Below are positions 31,422-45,400 of a stretch of 64,000 nt of DNA, piece after piece; the stretch's first letter is position 1, and each line of letters begins with the position of its first letter. The notes beneath the pieces were generated by a model. That model was not told the DNA's origin and ran no database searches. It saw only the letters and a list, made by a program, of their open reading frames with translations. Location: assembly GCF_008831285.2 (NCBI RefSeq), contig NC_045138.2, positions 35,526,001-35,590,000 on the forward strand, written 5' to 3'. A program made the position numbers and the translations under genes. The DNA comes from Nymphaea colorata (Eukaryota).

Positions 31422-34377
31422 ATTAATACAGAGATTGAAAAGTCAATTTCTCAGTATTGGGTCGTCAAGTTGTAACCCTGCGTGAATTGTGAACCCAATG
31501 AGGATTTATTTGATGCAGCAAAGGGAAGTAATAGGAAGGTATGGAAATCTCAAAGAAACAGACAGAGCGACATCGTTCGTAGAGGGCAATTTGTTTGTAG
31601 CACTCACTTTATAGAGCGCGATTTATTTGTAGCACTCATATTAAACATGCGGGTAGATGATATTTTAGTTGTTCACAGTGTAATGCCTTGATCTATTTTT
31701 AATGCGAAATGCCAAATTGACCAATGTTTAAGACCTCTTCTTTGCCATGTTCATGGCCCAAGCTAGCGGATCTTGGGTCCAGCTTTTATGCTGTCAAGCG
31801 CTTAATTTATGTTGCCTATCTATGCAAAATGCTATTCCTTGTGTAAATTTAATGTACGCATGCATGTGGGCATTTCATAAGTTAGAGAGTGCTGGAGAAA
31901 AAATATTCATGACATATTCATATATGAAATTGCAGTGTGAGGGTCTCTAACGAGTTGGGAAGAGGAAGTGCAAGTGCAGTGAAGTTCTCTATCCTGGTCG
32001 TGGTGGGGACTTCATTTGCCATTGGCTTCCTACTGTTCCTGATCTTCATGGCAGTTGGAGGACGTGTTGCCTATGTGTTCACGGACGACGGAAAGGTGGT
32101 GGAAGCGGTTTCACGCCTCTCTTCTTGGTTGGCTCTCTCCATCTTACTCAACAGTGTTCAACCAGTGCTCTCAGGTGCTTTTCCCTCTTAGAAGCCGAAC
32201 GTATGCTCCACGATCTTATTTAAAGATACTGCTCGAAAGCTTGTGAAAAGTGCTGCCATGTAGCAATTGTTTAAATGTTTTGCTACAGGTAGCTTGCAAA
32301 TATATGCCACAGCAGAGTGATTGAGTACCTCTGGGAGATCATAGAGAGAATCCTCTGATAAACCACAAGCAACAATGTCCTTAATTAATTTGAAACAATA
32401 TAATTTCATTCTTAATGCAACCCATGCGTTGGAAACTTAATTGCTGTTCAATTATTTGTATGTGTCAACTACTGATGCATCTAAAATTAGCTGCACGCGC
32501 ACAGGTGTTGCTACTGGTGCAGGTTGGCAAAGCTTGGTGGGCTACGTGAATCTTGCTTGTTACTACCTCATTGGTCTTCCCTTGGGAGCTGTGCTGGGGT
32601 ACGTTTGGGGGCTTCAAGTTGAAGTAAGCATTGTGTAGCTTAGCTTATTGTCTGCTCGTTTTTAGCGAATCCAACTCAAGTTCTGGAACTCTTTAATTCG
32701 GGCGTCTGACCTGAATCAATACTCATAACTAATAGAAGCTTATACTTGCAAGGAAAACAAAATCATCCTCACTTATATTTGCATAGTACATGTTTGTTTG
32801 TCTCGCAGGGAGTGTGGATTGGAATGATTTTCGGCACTGCTCTTCAAACATTTGTATTAGTCTACTTAACGTGGAGAACCGATTGGGACAAACAGGTAAA
32901 CAGCCTTACATCAATCAGCAGTATTTCGATCACCAATTTGACGCCAAAAAATAGAATAAAAACGAATAATGTTTTACTTTATGGCCAAAAACAATGTTAA
33001 TAGTAGGTCTTCAGCCAATTAAGGTGCAGTCCAATGCAACGCTGCTGGGGAGTAGGGTCCCCTTCCCGTTTACTAAGAAGAAAGAAAAAAATGACATTTG
33101 CAGAAGAAAAAATTAAGGCGAATTCGGTGTCTAACAAAAGTCGGTCTTCAATGGAATTCCTTTTGAAGTTAGAGTTTCCATTTATTTTGGGGATTCATGA
33201 AGGCCTTGAAATTTAATTCCAAGCATTTCCGGCATTCCTACCTTTCATGGCTACACGAAATTGCAGGCGTGCACCGGCATCGAGTATAGCGTTCAGTAAT
33301 TGAGCTGTCTCCTCTGGCATCCGGAGAAAACCAGGGTTACAGAAATTAGACCTTGTCGATTCAGTTGAAATATCGGTCGACTCAGGGGATTCACCTGACT
33401 TCGAAATTTATGATTTCAATATTCTCCCTCTCCCTCTCAAGAACAAAGCAAGAGGGCAGATGGATCTGAAAATTAATTAAGCAGAAGAAGTTGCCGCTGA
33501 CGCGACTTTGCATCTTGTGCAGGTCTCTATGGCTGTGGAACGTGTGAGCAAATACTACCTGTCTCGCCCGCCGACCGCCGAGACATGCGATTGCCGTGCT
33601 GCCCAAAACCCCCTCACCTAATTAGATCATGTTCTTTAAATAAAGAAACATCAATAATGGCGAACTAGAAGCCAAATTTGGCAAAAATTAAGTCCAAAAC
33701 GATGTTTTCCCAAGTGCTATGTATGGCCTTGTATAAATTAATTGCCCATGGGATCTATTTATCCATTTGCTTATTCATGTAGTGGCACCCCTCATCGTTC
33801 ATTGGCTATTACTCCTCGATTTTTAAATTAGTGCCACTCAGCCAAAACTTTCTAACATCTTTACTTACACTCGCATCTCACACCTGACTTCTCACTTTCT
33901 TTTCTTCTTATTTTTTTCCATGAATGTTTAGTGAGATGAACACGACTGGAGCTGCTTAAACGGTTTCAATTAGATATTGGAAGGATCGAGTTGAGTTAAT
34001 CCGAATGAATCGTTCAATTTGAATCGAACGTCCTAAATTATATATGGCCAATCCATTCGATTCATTGATAGATACAAGGTTGGCACACGTCGCGTACACT
34101 ATTCATCATGTCAGGTTTTTTTTTTTTTTTTAAATATTGAAAGTTTGTGTAATTCTCCATTATAATTTATATTTTTATTTGTAAATAAATAAAGTAATAT
34201 TTTTTTCCAATATTCTTAAGTCGTAACTGATTCAGCTGAACGGACTAAGGACTCTTCTTCCCCCTGCCTGCAATTGAACCCTCGTTTCACCATCTCTCTC
34301 TCGCCCCAATTCTTTATTGCTTTCCGTTCCATTGTATATTTTTAAGACCACCAATCTCCCTTGAGAAGCGACAGATT

Positions 34378-37300
34378 ATGGTACTTCTCCATCTCTTCTC
34401 ACTTGTATGTATCCTCTATGCTTTCTGCATCTTTTATTTTAGTTGGTTCATTTAGAATCTTGTTGGCTGCTTCTTTGTGGCTTTGAGGTTCCTTATCCTG
34501 CGGTGCACAAAATCATGTTCTAGTTCGTTAAAGCCGCTCTCAGGATCTTAAGGCCTAAGAGTTAAAGCAACTTACGCTCCCCCATGCTTCCTATGTGATG
34601 TAGATGTGCTCTGCCTTCTTTTTCTGCACTTTAAATTTCATGATGAAAAATTTGGCTGCTGTTTCGTGCTTTTACTTGCTTTATAGGATAGTGAAGAATG
34701 TTGCACGTGTTCGCAATTGCAGGACAATTGATTGGTTTTTGCTTAAAAACTGCAAATACTTGCCAGTCAATTAGGAGAACCACTGCTGCCTTCAGTAACT
34801 TTTGGCCTAATTGGTCTCGTTCAAATCCTTGTGTAGGAGATAACCAGAAAGTGAATATGCACATGGTGTTCATCTTATCATTTGAAAATACTATATATAT
34901 ATGAACAAACAGATATGAGATTTGTGGAAACATCACAAACAGATATGATCCCTCCTTGCATTGCATGATACCTGTCCCCTTGACTCAGAATAATAATAAT
35001 AAAAAAAAAGTCATACAAACCGCGTCGTTGCTACTCCTTCGTTTCGTTTCTTGATGTTTCCTTTTCGAACTTTTTACGCCTCTAATTGACTAGCAATAAC
35101 TAAGCATTATAGCCTTCGGAAGGTTTTAGTGATAAAAAAAAAAGAAAACAAACAAGGGGGTAGGTTTGGGTATTTTCGATAATAAGGTGTACTTTTTAGA
35201 CTTTTAACATTTTTACAATTTCTTCTCGTCCTCCCAAAAAACTTTTGATTTTTCATTTTATCAAGATTATACGTTCCTGTACATGCACGCATGAAATCTC
35301 CTGCTTGATGTATTTTGGAACGTTGATTACTTCTTTTTTGAAATTTATTTGTATCCAAAATCAAATAGTGTGTATTTGGATCTAAAGCTATCCAAGTCTT
35401 GTTCAGATAGGTCCAGATCCATGGTTGGTCTATCCCTCCTTCGATATAAAGGGACGTGGGGGGACAACATTCCTAGCCGAAGATGTTTGAAATGAACTAG
35501 TGACGGACGCACCATTTCTTCCTTTCTTTCTTTAATTTTAGTTAAAACGATTTTCGTTTTTCACAGGAACCTCGATTAACAGCTACTTTATTCGTATTAC
35601 AGGAGGCAGACACCAACTAACACTCTCGGGTAATGCCATTGCCATTGCCAAATCAAAATCGGTGGACGACTGGTAGGCACAAAAATTCTTTGCCTCCATC
35701 ATTTATCCGTTTGACCAGCAGGTATTATTGCCCTGTGCCACAGCTAACGCTATGAAATTTAATTTGAGTCAGATAAAAGCTTCTTAGTTGAAGGAGGCCG
35801 AACCGAATGGGTATTATTTAAGTTAGCTCAAAAGGCACAAGGGCAAAAGAAAGAAAAGAAATATTAATTTATCATCAACCCACGGTCTTGTGCTTTTTGC
35901 TACTTTGGTCTTCCCTTGCATCCAAGGTTCTGTACGTGCTTACATTTCGAAATAATGGGAAGCAGCTTAGAGACAAGGCTTCTTCTTCTTCAATCAGCTG
36001 CCCTGCCGACGATGATGACACAGAGAAGCAACACCCTCGCTTGACCAAGAAGGTGTGGGAAGAGTCCAAAAAGCTGTGGGTGGTAGCAGGTCCAGCCATC
36101 TTCACAAGGTTCTCAACGTATGGTGTCGCAGTTATCAGCCAAGCTTACATCGGCCATTTCGGCCAGACTGAGCTTGCCGCATATGCGCTGGTGTTGACTC
36201 TCCTGTGTCGCTTCGGCAATGGAGTCCTGGTAAGTAAATGGAGTCCCGGAAACTAATATAGTAATATTGTAGTTCCGCAAAGTCATTTTGAAGTTTCTCT
36301 TGAATCTCCTGCCTGAAAATGAAATGTAGTCTTGGTAATATTAAGGTTTTCACACGATTCCTCTCACGATCGAGAGTATCCTTACCTACACGTCTTGGCA
36401 ATATTAGTCCCGTAAGTAAGGCTCATAATGCTGTGATCTGCAGCTGGGCATGGCCAGTGCGTTGGAAACTTTGTGTGGTCAGGCGTTTGGAGCAGGACAG
36501 TACGCCATGCTGGGCATCCATCTCCAACGATCATGGATCGTGCTTCTCTGCACCGCCACCTGCCTTCTCCCTCTCTTCATCTTCGCCAAACCCATCCTTG
36601 TACTGCTCGGACAAACCGAGAGCGTATCAGAGACCGCTGCCTCCATGTCCTTGTGGTTCATTCCTGTCTTGTATTCCTTTGTCTTCTCCTTTTCTCTGCA
36701 AATGTATCTGCAGGCACAAAGAAAGAACAAGATCATTGGCTACTTGGCAGGTGTCAGCTTATTGCTTCATGTGTCTCTCTCATGGCTTCTTGCATACAAG
36801 CTGGGGATGGGAGTGGAAGGCGTCCTGATTTCCATGAACCTCGCCTACTGGATTCCAGATATTGGGCAGCTTCTGTTTGTTCTCTGCGGTGGCTGCCCGA
36901 TGACTTGGTCTGGTTTCTCCACAACTGCATTTTTTGATCTGTGGCCTGTGATTAAGCTATCGGCCTCTTCCGGTGTAATGCTCTGGTGAGGCCCCTCTCT
37001 CTCTCTCTCCCTTCTTCTGCTTCCATCAGCTTATGTAGTTATGCACCCCTCCCATGAGCCGAAACCGACCGATTTAGGTAACCCTGGTTTTAGCATCAAA
37101 TCTATCATAAATTCCTGTACTCTTTTTGGAAAAATGAAAATGTAAAATGACAAAGTAATACTGAGAAAGAAGAACGTATTTAAAATGTTTAAGTAGTAGA
37201 AGTTCTTGATATGAATTTCTTTTTACCCATATGAGCTAGAGACATTAAATGTTCTGGAGATTACTTGGTCGAATTGATTGAAATTGGCCTGAAAGTGCAG

Positions 37301-39786
37301 TTTGGAGTTGTGGTATAATTCAGTTCTCATCCTACTGACTGGAAATTTGAAGAATGCTACAATTGCCCTTGATGCTCTGGCTATCTGGTTCGGTAATCTT
37401 AACCTTCGCAGCCTCGCCTGTTAATTATATAGTTCCATTACCTCAAATACTTTTCTCATGTATTGTGCAGCCTCAATATAAGTGGGTGGGCAATGATGAT
37501 TTCTCTTGGATTCTTTGCTGCAGCCAGGTACAGTAAATTTGTGTGTGCGAGCGCATGCACCGTTTTTCTTCCGTTTGTTCGTCTCCCCGTTTCCCCATGC
37601 TTACATAGCATAGCCGTTATGAGAGAGGGGGAGAGAGAATTGCCATCATCAGATAAACGATAATATAAGTGTCCTTTTTCTCTTTAGAAAATAACGCTGG
37701 GAAATAAATAAATATTAGGCTCTCAAATGATGAGATTTAACAGTAGGACTGGCGCTTGAAATGCTTGATTTCAAAGCCGAACGATTCCACATACTGTTCG
37801 GCCGAATGGACTTTACATATTTTTATATAGTTTTCCAATTGTACAATTGCACGAAAATCGTTAGGCTTCAGAAATCTGCTTTCCAAAATTTTTTACCATA
37901 CAAATCTCCACTCCTGCACTAAACTTACAGATCTACCCTTTCGTCAGTTCGTTTCAATTTCTCTACCCTCTTTATAAGCTTATCTACTGCTTCCTGTCGG
38001 CCCAACATTTAATAGCAGAATACTCGTCGCCTTGAGTTCTTACCGACCACCATCAACGCATTTATTTTCTCAGCACCATCCACATGTAGACAGTTCTGAG
38101 AGGTGGTGCAGAGCTTTTGGACCACTTGCTCTGTGTGTGACTATTATTTTTTGTTTATGTGGCAGATGAAGAGTGCCATTCGGTTTTCGAAAATTGTAAA
38201 GAAATAAACAGTGAAATTTAAAATCGTCCTTTAATATAAAAACGTAACCTTGAGTCGGTACTGCAGAGTTTTTCAGCAAGTGCAGGAGCAAAGGCATGCA
38301 TTAAACATGGAACGCCTCGGTAACATCACATAGGGGAAGAGAGAGAGAGAGAGAGAGTAGGTGTGTGTGATGATTGCTGAACGTAATTAATGAACGTATT
38401 GCAGTGTGAGGGTGTCGAATGAACTCGGAGGAGGAAGCGCCAGCGCCGCGAAGTTCTCAATCCTGGTCGTCGTTGCAACTTCAGCCGTCCTAGGCATTTT
38501 ACTTTTTGTGTTGTTCATGGTATTCCGCGGATCTGTCGCGTACGTCTTCACGGATGACCAGGAGGTCGTGGACGCCGTTTATCTCCTGTCTCCTCTGCTT
38601 GCCATCACCATCTTGCTCAACAGTGTACAGCCCGTTCTCTCAGGTCTCATGTCTCTTCCATCGCCAACTCTACAGTACACATAATACAACTCGATCAAAA
38701 AGTTCAATAACATTGTTTTGTTCTCTGAAAAAAGAAAGGACCGACTGTTGGATCTTGCAAAGAATAAAATCTTTGCTTTTTGAACGTGTTTGTTCATTTG
38801 TTCACCAAAACGTAGTAGATACTGTTTGCATGTCATAACTCGTGAGTTGGCTGTAGGTGTCGCTGTCGGCGGTGGATGGCAAGCCGCGGTGGGGTACGTC
38901 AACATCGCGTGTTACTATGTGGTGGGCGTTCCCTTGGGACTAGTATTGGGATACGTTGTAGGCCTCCAAGTTGAAGTGAGTATGCCTACACTTCTCCATC
39001 TCGACTACTCTTTGGATTTGGATGCAAAGAAGCCCGAGTCTGGGTACCAATCGCATGTCTGATCAGCTCCCAAATTTGACTAAATATATCTGATATATAT
39101 ACAATTACCAATTGTACACAATCCGAGTCAGAACCATTTTTAAATCAACATCTTTAGAAAGAAAAACAGGTTCAAGGTTCAATATCCCCATCCAGTGTTG
39201 AGTTGCTAACAGTCACTGGGATTTTCTCTATGTATGTCTCTTAATGTCAATTCTATCTGTCTTTGTTTTCAGTTTGATTCTTCATTTCGCACCGGTTATT
39301 ACTGTTTTGCAGGGAGTATGGGTAGGAATGGTTATTGGCGTTGCCTGCCAAACAGTTGTACTAGTTTATTTTACAAGGAGAACTGACTGGGACGAGCAGG
39401 TATGATGCCTTTACTTTTTCGTAACGGTAGGACGCATATGTTTCCATCCAAACTGACATCGATCTATTGGCTTTCGGTTAATTTTCTTTCGCAATGAGAA
39501 TAATTAGTATTTGTTTGTTAAATATGCAATTAACATTCATAAGGACATTTTTTTTTTTTTTCAAACAACAAAATATTGTCCATGAAAACATCTGTTTCAT
39601 GAAAAAATTGAGTCCTAAGTACACAATGTCCTCATCAAATGCGCTCTTAATACATATATTCTTATTGTTTTTGCATCCTTGATTTGGTGCTACTTCTACT
39701 TCTGTCTTGTGCAGGTTTTAAAGTCTAAGGAACGTGTGAACAAATATGCCGTACAAGATTTTTGTGATACTCCACGAAACGATTGA
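34378..39786 (+). CDS. MATE/DETOXIFICATION-family efflux transporter, copy 2, ~502 aa if started from an ATG-only coding exon. Exons: 34378-34380 (putative), 35927-36229, 36444-36985, 37301-37387, 37471-37527, 38405-38643, 38857-38975, 39313-39399, 39715-39786
   Basis: Same motifs and identical internal exon sizes as copy 1 (542, 87, 57, 239, 119, 87), with no internal stop. The start is uncertain because the ATG at 35955 is out of frame (see findings). Confidence 0.88.
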
Positions 39787-42434
39787 GAGACAGTTTTGTT
39801 TTATGTTTGGATGTGCAGAATCTATGCTTTCACTTTTTACTGTGAATTGGCATAAGAACCACTCGTATTTATGGCTGATAGATACATCACTGTTCAACGA
39901 TAATGGAACAAGGGGCAAACCCCGGACTTTGTTTTTCTTTTGAGGGTGCGACGATTCATGCGTGCACTTTGTATAGTAAAATGCCGTAAAGGATGTTGTT
40001 TGTTTTTCCTTACGTCAGCGGGAGGAGATCCTACAAAGACAAAGTTGCGTGTAAAGGAGCATGGGATATTTTTGTAATTAAAAAAAATCTTTTATAGTTT
40101 TTTTTAATGTTTTTTTTTTATTTTCATGTAAAGTACTTTAATCATTAACTATATTGAACACGAAAATTCATGACGGTCTTGGCCCTCCGGTTTGGCAGAT
40201 GTCAACCCACCCTTTCCTAGTATCAGTTTCAACATTAAAAATCATAAACGGGAACAACCAGCCACTTAATCAACCTACTTATAAGTTCTTCAATATTCTT
40301 TACAATTTTAAATTCAAGATTGAACTTTTTAAAAAGAAACGTTACAATCTAAACCTCTTAGGGGACATGCGTTCCCACATGTGAGACAATAGATTTAAGT
40401 GTAGACCTAACTCTAATACGATTGTAACAACTCGGCCTACTACTACACAAAGTTTGAGCTTTTTGTTTGGTGGATCTCAACTCGTTCCGCAACGAATTTG
40501 ATTCCAACTCTAAACTACTAAAAATTAACGCCATTCACTTATTAATCTCTTTATAAGTCCCTTAAGATTTTTTACAATCTTACATACAAAACTAAACTTT
40601 TCAATGTAAAGCCTTCAGATCGACCCTCCCCCCAATTCCCTAGGATCGACACTCATGCGAGGTGTTCGATCATCCAATGCAAGTAGCTTCCATACTCTCA
40701 AATGGTAAAAGCCACCTCTTCTTGAGGCAACATTCTGCAGAGCAGAGAGGGCTTGTGCACTCTATAAATGCTTGCAGTACTGAAATGGTCGACGAGAAAT
40801 TTCATGGGACGTAAGAATAAAACGGAGATCAGATTACATCTCTTGTTCCCCAACTACAGGATCCTTTTATCAAGCTACGCAATGTGCTTGCAGTCAGTAA
40901 ACTATCAGTTTTGATGGTGGACCAAAAAAAATTTGGCTAAGGAGAACTGATTCAAAAATTCTTAGATCGCTCAAATATATGGTAAAATCATCGAGGGGCC
41001 CCATTAATTTAATGATTAAAGGGCACTAAAATATAACAAAGTCAAATAGATGAAGCTAACTAATATATGAATAAGAATATTTTTGTGGAACCGTAAGCCC
41101 CACAGTGCCCACATATGGCTCCGTCCCTGAATTTTGTACTAAATCGAGCGTTCATTCGGTGTAATGTGTGTTGTACTCCAACTTTGTGGTTGGCTCAGAA
41201 ATGACGACTTAATTCTCTCAAGTGAATCAACCAACTTATTCTGTCCTTTTTGTCAAACATTAAAATGCTAAAAGTTTTGGCTCTAGTGAATAAATTGTTT
41301 TCGAAATAATGAGAATAAAGGATGGATGCAGCATGAGACACTATGGCGGTAGAACTCCTGGCAAAATAAAAAGATTAAGTTAAACATGTACCCATCAATT
41401 AAGCCTAGTTTATCTCCTATTAGATCCATGAGAAGTACGTCTTAAATTTTTCAAATGTGTGACTTGCAAATGAAAGGAGACCTTTCTTTTTCTTTTTCTT
41501 TTCCCTTTTCAGTGTTTATGGTCTTCTTGTGACAATGTACGAAATGCATACGAATGGGAAGACAAGGTGTTCAGTTGCAAGTTAAGGTTCAATACTTTTT
41601 ACAAACCCACTCTTAGAAAAAAATGAAGACCCAATCGACTTCGAATAGGACGATTCTTGAAGGGCCACACATCCGCCTCACGTCATATCCACTAGTCATC
41701 GGCGAAAACCTTTCTCATATTGATAAATTAACATCATCCAGTGTTTGGTACCGTCTCAGAGATCCACCTGGCTTGGTGTTTTTTTATCATTATGCAACGA
41801 CCCGTATCTGTGTTTTTTGTTATTAGAAAAGAAAAAAATTGGAAGATGAACCTTGAGTTTTTATTTGCTCAATTTAATCTTACAATTCTACAATCTTAAT
41901 TAATGCTTGGGTCGGTAATGAGTTTTACTCTGAGAACTTGTTAGATTCATAATCGTTTCAAATCACAGCCAAGTCTTCCCTATCCTGGAGATGTCCTCAT
42001 CTTTACCGTCATCCGTATCCCGTTTCCGATCTCAGATCCGAGCACCTTAAAAACCATGGTTTTTCTTTTCTAGTGTCGTGTTTGATGCTGATTTTCCTCG
42101 CTCCCTTGCGTTGAGCGGTTCTCTCCCCTGCACCCGCAGCCACGAACGACGCCGTCGACAGAGTCGTCGCCGACAGTGCCACCAGTATGAGCGATCCTCC
42201 TCCAGCACAGGCGCTGTGGCCACTTTACGCTTGAACGTTTTGGGGGAAAACTGACAACCATTTTCCTAAGGGATGAGTAGTTTCTAACACCAACGAGTCT
42301 CTTTCGGCATCCCGACACCTGCTTTCTTGAGATGCAACTTTAGTAGAAACGCTTATTTCCGGCACCTGGGTAGCGTGGATTATGTCCTTATATTTATACG
42401 GTGGAAGTGCATTGCTAATTGAACCCAAAGAGAG

Positions 42435-45400
42435 ATGGCCACTGTGCACTCCTTGTCCGTGTGGTCTTTAATTGATGCGCCCTCTTATCATCCATGTGCG
42501 TGTCTTCATCGACCGCTTTCTCTGAAGAAAACGCAGGTCTGGCCCTCTGGTTCTCATACATAATTGCATGCCTCTTATTTTATCACTCTGTTGACGTTCT
42601 GTCCTAGAGTTGGTAACTAAGACCCACAAAAGGCGTTTGTGCGGACGTTACAATTTGCCAGCAGATCGTTCTCGTTTTATTGTGTTGGGGGATGATTGGT
42701 ACTTTGCTTTGCTTTCTGAACCTGACTTTGACATAAAAAGACTGCGAACCACTAAGGACATTTGATGTGTTAGTGTGGCTTTCTGAATTTTCGGTCTGAA
42801 AAAATGGGAATTGAATTTGGAGATGACGTTCTGTTATTTTGGTATTGGACATAAGGAAGAACCAAGGCTCGAAGCGTGTGGAAATATTTATCCACCTACT
42901 TGTCAAACCAAAGAAAAGATGATTTTAATTTAATTCATAGGATGTTGAAAATTCCAGTTCTCATGATTCTGTGTCAGCAATACATGTCGCCCATTCTGCC
43001 CTTTACATATAATGCATCACATACTACTGAGGATATGGTTCAATGAGATGATGGCACTGATTAAGTAGACCTTTGAAGGACCGATTTACTAATGCGCAGT
43101 ATAAAACGTTTTGAAGAGGAATAGGGACACACCAGTCCTAAGTCCTTGTGGAAGTAGCGAAAGACCCTAGAGGCCCTCCCCAACCCCAGGAGGTATGCCC
43201 CGCTTTGGCCTTTGCAGGAGGCAGAAAATTTATGATCAAGTAATATTGTGGAACCGGCAAGTCACTTTATATAAGATGTAAATGGATAAGGAAGAACTCC
43301 GACCCCAGGTTGGGAGCATTTTGGTGGTTAAGTATGCTAACAAAAAGTCAGTAACTTTGGTGGTCCTTACCTTCTCCATGGAATTTTTTTTTCTCTTTTC
43401 CATGATTGAAACACCTATGGTAGAAAGTCTTTGTTTCTTTTATCTAATCAGGAGAGGGATGCCACAAGTGCTTAGTGAACAGCTGGTTGTATTGTTGTTA
43501 AGGTGTTAAAAAGTTTTTGTACGAGAATCCATGTGTTTCTCGTTCATGAATAGGTGGTCTCATTTTTGACATTCATCCCTCATAAATTCTTTTTCGATGA
43601 GAAAGAATTTGTACCATTTCCAACTTTAGGTGGATGCTATTTATGTTCGACAGAACACAGTTTAGTTCTTTCAATAATTTTTCTCTGCCTGCCAAATGCA
43701 TGGTAATGCCTTATTACCTTAATTTGTTTCATTGAACTATGTATAAAGCTAATCATTTTGTGACCAATCAGAAATATTGCGCGTTTTAGCTTTTCCTGCA
43801 GTTATAATTCAATTTGGATCATGAGATGTTTCTGTACTTTCCTGAAAACAACTAGTTTCTCTACTAGTGCCTCACTTTTTTTTTTCTCCCAATGTAGGCA
43901 TTTCAGTCGATGAGGATCAGGAAAACCTGTCATGAGTGGAGCCATTTTCTGTGTCTAAGTAGTGACAGGGCTTCTAGATGGAAAACTGCAGAGCTGATTA
44001 TGTATACTAAGAAGTCTTTAGTAAACAGTTCAATGTTTCAGTATTTGAAGAAGATACAAAGGACTTTGTTGATGTACTGCAAACCCTCATTTTACCATCA
44101 CATTTTGAAGTTCCAAGAGCGTGTGGCTGGTTTCCCAGAACTAAAGAGATGGAAGAATTTCAGATACCACATGCACTACCTTATGGTTCGGTCATTTGTT
44201 GGAGTGCTCATTATTTTATCTGTTTCGGTTGCTGTCAGTAACAATCCATCATGTGCGTTCCCCTTTCTTTGGATTTGATTTTGACTGCTGATGTGTTGGA
44301 TTGCAACTTTGATAACACTTCTCATGGTTGTGTCTGACTCCGACATATCCATGGGAAGTATTCCTTTTCATCTATATATCTTTTGTTTGCAGAACTTTCT
44401 ACTTCTATAATCATATGCCAAATTCCCTTCAGTTGTTTGAGCACCATATAAACAGAAGCTCTCAAATGTGTATTGCTTTTTAATTTGTCTTGACTCTTGA
44501 GCCATGTGTGATATGTATAATCTAGTTTGATCTTTTACGTGATTTTTGTAATTTAATACAGACGCAGTGACTGAGGAGAATCTGTTGTTTTTGGAGGCAT
44601 GGAGGACTATTGATCGTGCCTATTATGACAAAACTTTCAATGGAACTGGATGGTTTCGGTACCGTGAAAAAGCACTTCGAGAAGAGCCAATGAATACACG
44701 AGAAGAGACATGTACACATTTCCATATGTACAAATACACTTTTTATGTTGGTAGGATGGGATTGGGGTGATTCATCTGTCTACCTGTTGATGCATAATGT
44801 CAAGCAATTGAAACTATAGTTTATGCTTGTTGCGTCCTCTTAGTTGTATCTTCTTCTTCTCTTTTTCTCTCTTTTCTTTTCTACAATATTAGGAATAAAA
44901 GCTAATGTCTAGTGTGGGTGAGGTCATGGCTGTCAGATGAGTAACAATCCTCCAAGCGAGTTTACTCCATCTTTCTGTCTGGCAATTGAGGAGTAATGTC
45001 ACTAACCTTTGCTTAATTGACTGTCAATTTAGTCTCCCAGATGAAACAAATAATTCATCTTGTGAATTCCCTAACTGGTTTAGTCTATTTACTTACGTCA
45101 TTAATGAGTATCAGTTCTTCTAATGCACATGACTGAAGAATGAGTTCCTTGCAGATACTGCAATAAAGAAGATGATTAGAGAATTGGATGATCCCTTCAC
45201 TCGATTCCTAGAACCTGAAAAGTTCAAGAGCTTGCGGGTATGAGCCTATTCCTTCTCCCTGTTTATGTCCAGTAATTTTTTGTTTGTGCATTAACTTTTT
45301 CACAAGAATGTACTCAAGGTTATCCTATTTTTCATGCAACCACTTTGTCATGCAATAGCGTGTCAACTTTTTTCTACAGGACTGACTGACTTGTTTACCT

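Larger units (their letters stand above)
28164..33621 (+). pseudogene. MATE/DETOXIFICATION-family efflux transporter, copy 1, with in-frame TAG at 31241-31243 (pseudogene or null allele). Exons: 28164-28421, 29903-30444, 31019-31105, 31225-31281, 31936-32174, 32505-32623, 32809-32895, 33523-33621
   Basis: VWEESKKLWVVAAPAIF, LGMSSALETLCGQAYGA, CLELWYNS, VRVSNELG, LLNSVQPVLSGVA and TDWDKQV. Exon 4 reads LNING*EMMISLGF where the paralogue has LNISGWAMMISLGF. Confidence 0.9.

Noticed and set aside
33267..33299. Alternative last exon for MATE copy 1
   Set aside because: The exon at 33523-33621 (VSMAVERVSKY) matches the paralogue's VLKSKERVNKY; this one does not.
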